IMG/VR virus record: IMGVR_UViG_3300042881_004673
Location: 16,392-80,391 of that record
Length of the DNA: 64,000 nt
Source: a virus
Strand: one strand, 5' to 3'
Made by a program: the position numbers and the translations under genes. This document shows positions 20,371 to 30,270 of the stretch, one piece after another (the first letter of the stretch is position 1; every line of letters starts with the position of its first letter). The notes under the pieces were generated by a model. That model worked only from the letters and a program-made list of their open reading frames with translations. It did not search any database and was not told the DNA's origin.

Positions 20371-23300
20371 AGATTTAATTAGACATATCTTAAAAGAGGA
20401 AACTCGTGACACCAAATCAAAACTAATTAAACAAATTGAAGATGAGGGGTTGTATTCTATTGCTGAATTAGTTGGGGGATTAGACAACCTAAAGAAGATA
20501 CTAAAAGATAACCCCGAAATGGTTGAAAGAATTGAAAACCAAAAAGGGTTAGTTAAAGTGTCTTGGACAACGGATGGAGACGATCCATCAATTGATTTGC
20601 CATTTAAAATTATTGGTGCAGGGTGGAATATATGGATGACTAATAGTTGGCCAATAGTTAATATTATTTATAATGAAAATAAATTAACTAAAGATGAGAA
20701 TTATAAATTTAAAGATTTTTTATATGATTCTTTTAATGATGAAAGTTCGGTAAGAGTTCTTAAACTTAATAGTGATGAACCTAGAATGCATAAAACCTAT
20801 GTTCAGTTAGGGGAAATAAATGGGAAAACTGCACAAAAAAATACAACCGATTTAAGTCGCAGTTATGATCTGTCTGATATTCGGGAAATAGTAGAAACGT
20901 TAGGATATGATAATATTATTAAAGAGGAGGTAGATAACACTAAAGAAATTCAAAAAAATTTAAGAACAATTAAGATATTGTTATCTCAAATTAGTTGGGA
21001 AGGACTTTGTGATATATGGGTAGAATATAATCCTGTTGATAAGGATTATGAAATCAGATCCAAGTCAATAAAAAGACATTTTGATCATGACGAAATTGTT
21101 AATGAATTAAATTTTGTGGAAGAATCAATAAAAGCTATGGGTCTCAGACCTTATGTATTTTCACCATGGCATGTTGATAATTGTGAGGATGAGGTTGAGT
21201 TTATGAACGAAAGTATAGATAAAAGTGATGAGAAAAGAAACAAGATCATAGAAAAAATTATGGACAACATTATTTTTCCTGAATATAAACATATCATTTG
21301 TGGTTATGATGTAAAAAATGATGAGGTTTTTAATGAACCTGTAGTTAATGTTACTTTTATTGGTGGGTATGGAACAAAACTTTGGCCTACCACACAAGGA
21401 ATTCAAAAAATGTATAGTGATGTTTTAGATGAAATTTGGAATACTATTTACGATTACATTAATATTCCAGTTGGCGTTACTATGGAAACAACGCCCAAAT
21501 GTGATGAACAAGAAAACATTTATCTTAGAGAATCAATTGGCAAATCTGAAAATAATAAACTTAAGTTGGTTAAAGATATTATATATACCATGTTTGATAA
21601 TATTATAGATTTAGAATACATCGCCAAAAGAAATGAGATTATGGTTTACTATGATACACAAGAAGAGTTAGAGAGTTCAGAAATATGTGATACTATAAAT
21701 GATTATACCAATTTAAATGTTGTTCCTTGGTATGACTACAAGAAACGAACAGAATTAAAAAAGGACCCTGATTTTTACATAGATACTGAAAGATATGAGG
21801 AAGAACTTAATGAAAATTATAGCCCTGCTGGTAAAGAAATAATTCCAAACGAAATTGTTATACATAAATCTAATCCTAAGTTCAGAGACAAGATTATAGA
21901 ACAAGGATTAAAAGTTCGTGCTGGTGAATGTTATAAAATATATGCAGGATATGGAACAAAATGTAAACCTGCAATATTTGCAACCAACTCAACAAATAAG
22001 AGATCGTGGTTTGATTCTACTTATGATGATGATGTTTGGGAAATTGATACAACAATGATGCCCGAAATCAAATGGTATAAGGATAGACACTACGAATCAA
22101 GTAAAAAACATATAGTAACCTTTCAAGACATACCTAAAGAGGCAATCAAACTTATCTATGAAGGTTCAGGTAAAGATGGGGGAATAATGGAATCAGTTGA
22201 CAAATCTGAAGACAAAAAACTTAAGTTGGTTACAAAAATGATTCATGAGTTTTTTGATGATGTTAGTTTTATTGATATTAAAAAATATGAAAATAAACCA
22301 ATGATAAGAGTTTATTTTGATAACGATGAATATGCTGGTAATGAAGAGACTTATTTTGCTGAACAAATACAAGATAAAATATATGAATATACAGGTATTA
22401 AACTTATTCCGTATTGGCACAATATTCAGTATAACACTGATGCAGATTTTCGTTTAGATGCCATTAAACTAAAATACGATAATGAAGGAAATGTTATAAA
22501 TGAATCTGAAGAAAAACAACCAAAGTATGTTAATATAATTAAAAATCTTATAGAACCATTTAAAGAAGAAGAAGATTGTGTTTGCGAAATTAGAGTAACA
22601 TCCGAAGACGATTTTTATATTATTTATTTGGTATTTGGAACGGAAGAACTAAATGATAAATTTTCTAGTTTTCTTCAAAGAGCTGAATATACAATAAATT
22701 TAAGAAATGATGTTAAAAACACAATTAAAGATTATTTGCCAATAGATAATATATATGTTGGATCCATATCAAAACCAAATTGCGAATGGAAACCCATGAA
22801 TGAATCTACATTCTTTCTTAGAAGGGTTGATACGAGTTTAATGGAAAAAGAGTTCTTTGAGAATTTAAATATTATTACCGATGTTTATTTAGATAAATAT
22901 AATAATGGTGTGGGTTTTAATTTTGAAACCTTTGAAGATCATGCCATAAATTATTTTATAGATAATTATTACAATGATTTAACTAATTACGGAGAAAATG
23001 ATTACCCGTATGATGAGATTTATAAATTCCTTTCAAATCATTTTCATAATAAGATTAAAGATAAATACGACACTTTTTTTGGTCGTAATATAAATGAATC
23101 AGAAAATAAAAAACAATCCTTATTAAAGACAATAGAAAAGGAAGGGTTATATAATTTTATAGAAATGTCTGGATTAGACATTAGTCAAATTAGTTCGGTT
23201 TTAAAAAACATGGATAACCCTAAAGAAGTATTAAAACAATATATCAGGGATTTTGTTTTAAAACATGGTAATAAATGGGGAGATAATAGTGGAACACTTA

Positions 23301-23527
23301 GTGGATATGAAATCCAATTAAGTGATAACAAATATGTTGACGATATAACGGTTCAAGACAGCGACCAAATTGCTGTTGAGATATTGGAATTTGATCAAGA
23401 CGAGTATGGACATACTGAACAAAACGACCAATACATAACAACTATTAACAACCTAACTAATGATGAGTTATTAACTATTATTTCTTGGATGATGGAAACA
23501 ATTAAAAATGGTGATTGGAATAGATAA
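20354..23527 (+). CDS. leader-tagged polyprotein of about 9 modules, one ADP-ribosyltransferase-like
   Basis: KDLIRHILKEE leader; junctions IKEE, MNES, LRES, LNE, IMES, INES, MNES, INES; exact start uncertain (20354-20363). Confidence 0.75.
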   Translation: MMMVNKDLIRHILKEETRDTKSKLIKQIEDEGLYSIAELVGGLDNLKKILKDNPEMVERIENQKGLVKVSWTTDGDDPSIDLPFKIIGAGWNIWMTNSWPIVNIIYNENKLTKDENYKFKDFLYDSFNDESSVRVLKLNSDEPRMHKTYVQLGEINGKTAQKNTTDLSRSYDLSDIREIVETLGYDNIIKEEVDNTKEIQKNLRTIKILLSQISWEGLCDIWVEYNPVDKDYEIRSKSIKRHFDHDEIVNELNFVEESIKAMGLRPYVFSPWHVDNCEDEVEFMNESIDKSDEKRNKIIEKIMDNIIFPEYKHIICGYDVKNDEVFNEPVVNVTFIGGYGTKLWPTTQGIQKMYSDVLDEIWNTIYDYINIPVGVTMETTPKCDEQENIYLRESIGKSENNKLKLVKDIIYTMFDNIIDLEYIAKRNEIMVYYDTQEELESSEICDTINDYTNLNVVPWYDYKKRTELKKDPDFYIDTERYEEELNENYSPAGKEIIPNEIVIHKSNPKFRDKIIEQGLKVRAGECYKIYAGYGTKCKPAIFATNSTNKRSWFDSTYDDDVWEIDTTMMPEIKWYKDRHYESSKKHIVTFQDIPKEAIKLIYEGSGKDGGIMESVDKSEDKKLKLVTKMIHEFFDDVSFIDIKKYENKPMIRVYFDNDEYAGNEETYFAEQIQDKIYEYTGIKLIPYWHNIQYNTDADFRLDAIKLKYDNEGNVINESEEKQPKYVNIIKNLIEPFKEEEDCVCEIRVTSEDDFYIIYLVFGTEELNDKFSSFLQRAEYTINLRNDVKNTIKDYLPIDNIYVGSISKPNCEWKPMNESTFFLRRVDTSLMEKEFFENLNIITDVYLDKYNNGVGFNFETFEDHAINYFIDNYYNDLTNYGENDYPYDEIYKFLSNHFHNKIKDKYDTFFGRNINESENKKQSLLKTIEKEGLYNFIEMSGLDISQISSVLKNMDNPKEVLKQYIRDFVLKHGNKWGDNSGTLSGYEIQLSDNKYVDDITVQDSDQIAVEILEFDQDEYGHTEQNDQYITTINNLTNDELLTIISWMMETIKNGDWNR

Positions 23528-23573
23528 GTAATATGAAATATAACATTAGTGAACACAAAGATAATTATACTAT

Positions 23574-24170
23574 ATGAACCTACAAGAGAACATAAGAAGA
23601 ATATTAAAGGAGGAAACTGATGGCGTTAACGCCTTAATAGATGTTATTACATCAAGACATGAAATGTCTGATGAGTTAATAGAAAAGGTAAAAGACTTTA
23701 TTTCACAATCAAACTGCAAAAAAATAGAATTTGCCAATTTTAAGATGCCGGCTATGGGAGTTGCTTTACATGATGGTGTGTTAATAAATAAAATTGCGTT
23801 AAACCAAAGGTTAGAATACCTATTGTTTATTATATTTCACGAGACCGCACATCAGTATCAGTTTAAAAAGTATGGTGAAGATATAATGTATGAGTGTTAT
23901 CTTGGTGATATAAGTGTTGAGGAAGCAGCAAAACTAATGAAACATACTGAAGAAGTTGCAGATGAGTTTGCAGGAAAAAAAATTAAACAACTTCAAAAAC
24001 AAGGATTGTTAGATAAAGGGTTTATTCCTCCTTCATTATATAAAAATGTTCCTATCTCACAAATAGTTGCAATGGTAGGGTTTTACAGATCACAATTAAA
24101 ACAACAGAACATAACAACTCCTGATAAGATCAGTGAGTTCTTTTATAATATGGTTAAAAATAATATATAG
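23574..24170 (+). CDS. leader + zincin-like (HExxH) metallopeptidase domain
   Basis: MNLQENIRRILKEE; FHETAHQYQ; downstream EEVADEFA. Confidence 0.7.
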   Translation: MNLQENIRRILKEETDGVNALIDVITSRHEMSDELIEKVKDFISQSNCKKIEFANFKMPAMGVALHDGVLINKIALNQRLEYLLFIIFHETAHQYQFKKYGEDIMYECYLGDISVEEAAKLMKHTEEVADEFAGKKIKQLQKQGLLDKGFIPPSLYKNVPISQIVAMVGFYRSQLKQQNITTPDKISEFFYNMVKNNI

Positions 24171-24206
24171 ATGAACCTACAGGAAAACATACAAAGTATT
24201 AGATAA
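24171..24206 (+). pseudogene. orphan leader stub MNLQENIQSIR*
   Basis: ATGAACCTACAGGAAAACATACAAAG nearly identical to the start of 25756; stops after 11 codons. Confidence 0.6.
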
Positions 24207-24211
24207 ATAAT

Positions 24212-25129
24212 ATGAAAATAAAATCAATCAATGTTATCAATGGAAAAAACAAATGGAGTGAGTCCAAAGATAAGCTTATTCATATGATTTTAGATTTGGG
24301 TGAATTTGAAGAAAAACCATCAGATAAAATAGAAGGATTTTACGAAAGAATAAAAGAATATTTACCATCATTAAAAAGTCACAGATGTTCTGAAGGAAAA
24401 CCAGGAGGGTTTCTTAAAAGAATTAAAGATGGAACATGGATGGGACACATTATAGAACATGTGGCATTGGAATTACAAACACTTGCCGGAATGAATACAG
24501 GATGGGGAAGAACAAGAGGAGTTAAAGGACAAAAAGGAGTGTATAATGTTGTGTTTAATTATGAAAACAAAGACAGTGGAAAACTAGCCGCAAGAGAAGC
24601 ATTTAATGTTGTGAATGATATTATAAATGATATAGATCCAAAAATAGATAGAATAGTTAAAAAATTAAAACCAAAAAACTTAAAAGAATCCATAAGAAGA
24701 ATATTAAGGGAAGAAACCAACATTAAACCCATTCTAAACAATTTACTTAATATGTTGTTTGATGGATTTGATGATATCTATTATGATTGGGCTCAATATA
24801 ATTGTGGAATGGGTGTTTGTTGTGACCCATATGCTGTTGGGTTTGTTCTTCCAAAAAATAATTATGATGATTATTTATTCAAATTGGTTGATGGTAATAA
24901 CTATGACGATAATGGTAAATACTTTAAAGAAGTAATGGGTGAGTTACCTGAAGTATGTTATGAAATGCCTGATGTTAAAAACCCAAACTTTAATTTTATA
25001 ATATTTTACGAAGTGTTTGCCGAAGAAATTGAGGATTACTTGGGACGTAAAGGTAATTGGAAAATTGAGTTACTAGCTTTAATAAATGAAAAGTTTGGTT
25101 GTAAGGCCACTAATATAATGTTTATATGA
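24212..25129 (+). CDS. cyanophycin synthetase N-terminal domain fused to an internal leader and an unknown domain
   Basis: LDLGEFEEKPSDKIEGFYER...LPSL.SHRCS.G..GGFL.R...GTWMGHIIEHVALELQTLAG..TG.GRTR; internal NLKESIRRILREE at 24677. Confidence 0.85.
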   Translation: MKIKSINVINGKNKWSESKDKLIHMILDLGEFEEKPSDKIEGFYERIKEYLPSLKSHRCSEGKPGGFLKRIKDGTWMGHIIEHVALELQTLAGMNTGWGRTRGVKGQKGVYNVVFNYENKDSGKLAAREAFNVVNDIINDIDPKIDRIVKKLKPKNLKESIRRILREETNIKPILNNLLNMLFDGFDDIYYDWAQYNCGMGVCCDPYAVGFVLPKNNYDDYLFKLVDGNNYDDNGKYFKEVMGELPEVCYEMPDVKNPNFNFIIFYEVFAEEIEDYLGRKGNWKIELLALINEKFGCKATNIMFI

Positions 25130-25144
25130 AAGAACAAATAATTT

Positions 25145-25176
25145 AATCCTCCACTTGTAAAGATGGGGGATTTTTT
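25145..25176 (+). terminator. intrinsic terminator
   Basis: AATCCTCCA/TGGGGGATT + T-run. Confidence 0.7.
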
Positions 25177-25190
25177 GTATATTAGCGGTA

Positions 25191-25463
25191 ATGAAAGACC
25201 TAACTGAATATATAGAAACACTGCTCGATGGGATTAAAAACGCCTGCGAGGTAAATTATGTGAACAATATCTACGAGGTTAATGTTATAAGAGACTATCG
25301 TAATTGTGAGGAGAGATATAAAGTTATGGCATATCGTAATCATAATTTAGTAATGGAAATAATGAAAACTTTAAAATCATATCTTCCAAAATCATTATAT
25401 GTTATTAGGGTTAAAGAAATTAATATTCCAATATCATTTATATCGTTACATTATGCAAAGTAA
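25191..25463 (+). CDS. hypothetical protein
   Basis: 90-aa ORF; TATATTAG (-7 variant) just upstream. Confidence 0.6.
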   Translation: MKDLTEYIETLLDGIKNACEVNYVNNIYEVNVIRDYRNCEERYKVMAYRNHNLVMEIMKTLKSYLPKSLYVIRVKEINIPISFISLHYAK

Positions 25464-25734
25464 ATTAGAACATATTGTGGAAAAATACTTCAAGGTGATA
25501 AATTTATTACCATATGGTGATATTAATGTAAGCATAAAAGATCAAATCGGGATTTGTCTCATTACAATATATGTTAAAACATATGAAGATTATTGTGAAT
25601 ATTATAAATCTGATAATAAAACCCCAATGAAGTTAAGTGATATAAAAGATGATATGGAAAATATGTTTCCATATGTGTTTAAGGTATTATGTAAATTAAA
25701 TAAGGATCGTATAAAAGAGTATGGGGTTAATTGA
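25453..25734 (+). CDS. hypothetical protein
   Basis: Start re-called to MQSKLE, overlapping the previous gene end. Confidence 0.6.
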   Translation: MQSKLEHIVEKYFKVINLLPYGDINVSIKDQIGICLITIYVKTYEDYCEYYKSDNKTPMKLSDIKDDMENMFPYVFKVLCKLNKDRIKEYGVN

Positions 25735-25755
25735 TATATAAGTATATTTATTAAT

Positions 25756-26277
25756 ATGAACCTACAAGAAAACATACAAAGGATTAGATCAATGATGGGG
25801 GTTATATCTGAAAAGTTAGAAGATATACAAGGAACACCATTATATCATAAAACCTCAACTGAAACTGGAATTAAAATAATAAATTCGGATTCTCTTATCG
25901 GAACCAAACCTTCTGATGAATATCTTAATATAGATAAAAGATTGGCTGACACAGAAAAACAAAGTGCGATATCACTCACAAGAGAAAAAAATTGGAAGCC
26001 CGATCAATCAATAGGTAAAGGGTCAGGTGAAAGTATTTCAAATGATGACATGGTATTTGTTCTTGATAAATCAAGATTAGAAACAAAGTATGAAGTAGAA
26101 CCATTTAATTATTATGGTTTAGACCCTAACGATACTGGAACAAGTAAAGGTGGTGAGTTTGAGGAAAGAGTATTAACCAATAGAATTCATCCACTTCATA
26201 GGTATCTTGTTGATATAATATACAAAGGAAGTGATCCTGAAATACAAGTAATAATTAATGATTATTTAAATAGATGA
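25756..26277 (+). CDS. leader + putative ADP-ribosyltransferase-fold domain
   Basis: MNLQENIQRIRSMMGVISE; LYHKTS...AISLTR...VFVLD...EFEERV pattern. Confidence 0.55.
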   Translation: MNLQENIQRIRSMMGVISEKLEDIQGTPLYHKTSTETGIKIINSDSLIGTKPSDEYLNIDKRLADTEKQSAISLTREKNWKPDQSIGKGSGESISNDDMVFVLDKSRLETKYEVEPFNYYGLDPNDTGTSKGGEFEERVLTNRIHPLHRYLVDIIYKGSDPEIQVIINDYLNR

Positions 26278-26603
26278 ACCTACAAGAGAACATAAGAAGA
26301 ATATTAAGGGAAGAGTCGGGACTTAGTCCAAGGTTCCTTAGAAGAGTTCCTATGGATAAGTTAGAGGAGTCTTTTGGTCACGCATTAAAACTAGCAACAA
26401 AAAAATATTATAGATATCGACCTATATTAAATGACGATTACAAATTACATTTTTTTACAAAGGAAGTTGTGGAATTATTATTAGATTCAGTATCACATTT
26501 AATGTATCCAACAATAAAAGGGTCGTGGTATGATGAAGAGTTTTCAAATGTAAAAAAACATTTCAAAGATAGAATAACAGAATGGTGGGAAACCTTAGAT
26601 TAA
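26274..26603 (+). CDS. leader-tagged hypothetical protein
   Basis: MNLQENIRRILREES then FLRRV module. Confidence 0.75.
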   Translation: MNLQENIRRILREESGLSPRFLRRVPMDKLEESFGHALKLATKKYYRYRPILNDDYKLHFFTKEVVELLLDSVSHLMYPTIKGSWYDEEFSNVKKHFKDRITEWWETLD

Positions 26604-26690
26604 TTAAGATTATACGATCAATTCATTCGGTTCATAGTCTTCCACTTCGTTTCAGAATTCACCTCATAAATTTATCCTATACTCTTAACG

Positions 26691-26744
26691 AGAGTAATCT
26701 TTACCTTTGTATAACAAACAAGAGTAATCTTTACCTTTGTATAA
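26691..26744 (+). repeat. 24-bp direct repeat AGAGTAATCTTTACCTTTGTATAA x2 (30-bp period)
   Basis: Copies at 26691-26714 and 26721-26744. Confidence 0.9.
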
Positions 26745-27455
26745 AGGATATGTGGTAATTATTGGGACATATCTTAAACAGTAATGTAATGTATAAATCG
26801 TTTACATGATGAGGTTCTCATGTATAGAAAGTTTACCTGATAGTTCCCCCCCATTTAATCACTCACATCTACGATGTTCGTTCTCCATTTATAAGTGACA
26901 CAATTAGTAAACACTATGGTGATCATATTAGTAGGTGGTTTATAATGGGGAACAAAGTTCCCCCACATATTACCACCAAGTTAGAGTAGATCAATTAGTT
27001 ACTTATGTTTTATATCGTTAGAGTCAGGATAAACCTGATATAAGTTATATGAAAGGTAAGTAGTTTACATGTATATAGTATGTCGTTATTATTAAGGTGT
27101 CAAAGGTTGAAAGGAACTTAAGTTGGTCATAAGTGGTCACTTATGGGTCGTTGAAGTTATCTATAAGTGATCTACTAACGTCCTAAAGGACTGTCCGCGG
27201 CTATGGGACTTTAACTATACTATTTTCGCTGGAAAATACAAGTAGTGAAAAAAGTGGTCCTGTAGGTATCTACAGAGGGGGTTTATTCATTCTCACTATA
27301 GCAACAGGACTATTATCGGTGGGAGAAAGTGGGTAGAACACTATGGGGAATAAGTGGTAGAAAGTGGGAAGGGGACTGTGTAGTGACGCGAGCGAGCCTG
27401 ACATTTTGACAAAAACAAGAAAATTAACATATTTATTTATTAACAATCCCCCCTT

Positions 27456-27737
27456 ATGATACATCTAATAGACAAATTCGAAACAACACTAAGTGAAATT
27501 AACGGGACCATTACGGTCAATTATAGACATGACATATTGACAGGTTACTGTGAGTATAGAATTGTGGAGGTGAATAACAGATTTAAACAGAAGGCATGGT
27601 TACTTACCAATACAGACATGGGGGATGTGATAGAGTATGTGCATAGTAATATGCCCCTATCAGATAATGATCTAATGGTTGTGGATAAATTAATCAGAGA
27701 TCACTCGCTTAAAGCTGTTCAAGATCTTCATCGGTAA
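27456..27737 (+). CDS. hypothetical protein
   Basis: 93-aa ORF; TATTTAT at 27430. Confidence 0.5.
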   Translation: MIHLIDKFETTLSEINGTITVNYRHDILTGYCEYRIVEVNNRFKQKAWLLTNTDMGDVIEYVHSNMPLSDNDLMVVDKLIRDHSLKAVQDLHR

Positions 27738-28433
27738 TGATGTGAGAACGGATCCATCCACTTAGTTTAGAGGTGGGGAAAGTTTTTAAGGACATAATAG
27801 ATAATACCATAACACATATAGTGAACAGTCCAATCATAACCCACAAGATACTAATATAGTATAGGGGATTATACATAACGATTCTTATATGTAGGTTCAA
27901 CCAATGGTTCACATGGTAATGGTCTACAGATCATAAGTGAGATCCCCACACCAAAGAGGGGAAGAGTAAGATATATTAATAGGTTTCTCATAGTAATATA
28001 AAGATAAGTATAATATATCACATAGACAAATCATTTCATCAATTAAATCATGGGGACCCTTATATATATTATAAGGCAGGTTGGAGTCTACACTCCAAGC
28101 ATCCCCAAGACTGCCAGCCCGACTCGATCTCTCATTGTCTATACAAAGATACGAAACCCTAATGACAATAACAAATAAGTTGACAACTAAATTATCAATT
28201 AAGTTATTAACAACGGGCCCCCTCCCTTACATAGTGGCATGGGGGGCTATGTCCAATATGACCCCCTCCCCCCTCCGTATCCCCCCCATATATGACATTA
28301 TGACAGGCCATAGGGGGGTTCAATCCTCTCTATGGTGTATTCGTGAAAAAAATTCTGGAAAAATTTTTGGGAAAAAATTGAAACTATTCCCCCATTACAT
28401 AGTGATGGTATATTTATTACTAAAGAAAATATT

Positions 28434-29153
28434 ATGAAAAGAATTATAAGATTAACTGAATCAGATCTAACAAGGATTGTTAAACGTATAATAATGGAGG
28501 AGCAATGTTCTGCACCACCTCAATGGTTAATGAATTATCAACTCGACGGTAAATTAGGAAAGGGTGAATGTTCTAATTGGGAATGGAGAAAAGACACATA
28601 TACTTTTTTATTTATAAATCCTAAAGTTAAGATATTAATATTGAGTATTAATCCGAATGAGATTGAAGAGGATCAATTAAACGAACTTAAACAAATATTT
28701 GGTGAACCCAAAATTACGGAAAAATATTACACATTTAAATATACTTTCTCAAACCAAGAAGATGGTGGGGATTTAAATCAAACACTTGATAAATTACAAG
28801 GAAAGGTTCCATGGATCGCATCCCTTAACGAGTCTGACATAAGACGTATATTGGAAAACGCCTTCACTAAAATGAGAAGAAGGGATGGTGAACCTATTGT
28901 AAGAAAAACGGATTTAGTAAAAGGTGTTATACATGATTTATCTATGAAAATGTCCAAAGAATATGGTTTGGATGAATATGAGGGTGATGATAACATTCCT
29001 GAGTATCTAATGCCTTATCTTGATGAAATCTCTGAAGTTGTATCTAATATTGATACAATGTTAATTTGGGATGCTGTTTATGAATCCCTCGATACCCCCG
29101 AAATAAATGATCTAATTGATAAAATTGTTGATGAATATGGCGAAGATAATTAA
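28434..29153 (+). CDS. leader-tagged two-module protein
   Basis: MKRIIRLTESDLTRIVKRIIMEE; internal second leader LNESDIRRILE. Confidence 0.8.
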   Translation: MKRIIRLTESDLTRIVKRIIMEEQCSAPPQWLMNYQLDGKLGKGECSNWEWRKDTYTFLFINPKVKILILSINPNEIEEDQLNELKQIFGEPKITEKYYTFKYTFSNQEDGGDLNQTLDKLQGKVPWIASLNESDIRRILENAFTKMRRRDGEPIVRKTDLVKGVIHDLSMKMSKEYGLDEYEGDDNIPEYLMPYLDEISEVVSNIDTMLIWDAVYESLDTPEINDLIDKIVDEYGEDN

Positions 29154-29159
29154 TATGAT

Positions 29160-29189
29160 CCCCATTCTCTAATACAGGTGGGGTTTTTT
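29160..29189 (+). terminator. CCCCA...TGGGG family terminator
   Basis: CCCCATTCTCTAATACAGGTGGGG + T-run; related to 31398 and 33552. Confidence 0.75.
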
Positions 29190-29259
29190 GTTTTATGTAA
29201 AACGACCCCCCTCTTTCTTATGTTTACATTATTAACTAATATCATTAACGTTTAACTAT

Positions 29260-29412
29260 ATGAGAAATCTTGGAATCATATTATCTGCATTGGTAACCAT
29301 TATTTTGGTTATATATTATGTGAACCCATTTATCATATATCTTATTGGATGTTATCAGGTTGGAGTATGGATTGGGGACGCCATGATTAAGTTGATTGAA
29401 AAAGATGATTGA
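29260..29412 (+). CDS. small membrane protein (50 aa); not in the ORF track
   Basis: MRNLGIILSALVTIILVIYYVNPFIIYLIGCYQVGVWIGDAMIKLIEKDD*. Confidence 0.55.
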   Translation: MRNLGIILSALVTIILVIYYVNPFIIYLIGCYQVGVWIGDAMIKLIEKDD

Positions 29413-29469
29413 TAAAAATAATATCCCTATTATGAGGTGATGGTATATTTATTAATAAAAGAAAATATT

Positions 29470-29835
29470 ATGTCAAAAATTATAAGATTAACGGAAAGAG
29501 ATTTATCTCGTATTGTTAGACAAACGATTATGGAGATGGAATCCTCTAGTGAATTTACAAACCATACTGGTTCTCCTACTAAGGTATCTATAATCAAGTT
29601 TAATAAAAAAATGGATTATGACGGGGCTTTGTCCATGTTGAAAACATATGGATCAACATATCGTTTTCCAAACAATTGGGGTAGTATAAAAGACACATTT
29701 AATAGTGGGGAGTATTGGGATAGTACTACACATGGGACATACAACATATCATATTACAATATGAAAGATAAACAATTACATCATGGGCATAGACTGCATA
29801 AAAAATATTTAATATTAGTTAAAAAAAATAAATAA
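29470..29835 (+). CDS. leader-tagged hypothetical protein
   Basis: Start re-called to MSKIIRLTERDLSRIVRQTIME. Confidence 0.8.
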   Translation: MSKIIRLTERDLSRIVRQTIMEMESSSEFTNHTGSPTKVSIIKFNKKMDYDGALSMLKTYGSTYRFPNNWGSIKDTFNSGEYWDSTTHGTYNISYYNMKDKQLHHGHRLHKKYLILVKKNK

Positions 29836-29860
29836 TTTTAATTATTAAACAAAATTAATT

Positions 29861-30208
29861 ATGAAAAGAATTATAAGATTAACGGAAAGAGATTTAACAA
29901 GAATTGTTAGAAGAGTTATAAAAGAAAATGCTGATAAAACAAACATCTATTATAGGAGATGTGAGGGTGGTTACGGTTTAATTGAACCCGAAAGTTTTGA
30001 GTTTTTACCTGGTGATGATAAATTTATAAAATTCCTTAGAAAACCTGATCCTAATTTTGATAATGGAAATAGTAAAAGTATTGGTAAGTGTCTTGCTTAT
30101 GAAGAACCAATGGAAGGGTTATGTTTTGATATAATTGTTGAAGAAGGTGAAGGTGGTAGAAAAATTGCTTATAGTGGAATTGATTGTGAGACAAGGGAAA
30201 GATGGTAG
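29861..30208 (+). CDS. leader-tagged hypothetical protein
   Basis: MKRIIRLTERDLTRIVRRVIKE. Confidence 0.8.
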   Translation: MKRIIRLTERDLTRIVRRVIKENADKTNIYYRRCEGGYGLIEPESFEFLPGDDKFIKFLRKPDPNFDNGNSKSIGKCLAYEEPMEGLCFDIIVEEGEGGRKIAYSGIDCETRERW

Positions 30209-30270
30209 TGTTTTTTAACAACTGATATATTTTAAGAGTGGGGTTTTTTATTTCCTTATATTTATCATAT

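Larger units (their letters stand above)
26604..28400. other. largely non-coding island, candidate replication origin or packaging/terminus region
   Basis: Only large coding gap in the window; direct repeats, G- and C-runs, hairpins, A-tracts. Confidence 0.4.

Noticed and set aside
26691-26744. Possible CRISPR mini-array
   Set aside because: Only two 24-bp copies with a 6-bp gap; no spacer-length unique sequence and no cas genes in the window.
28081-28437. 118-aa ORF
   Set aside because: TTG start, atypical composition, and it runs through homopolymer tracts and the next gene's promoter.
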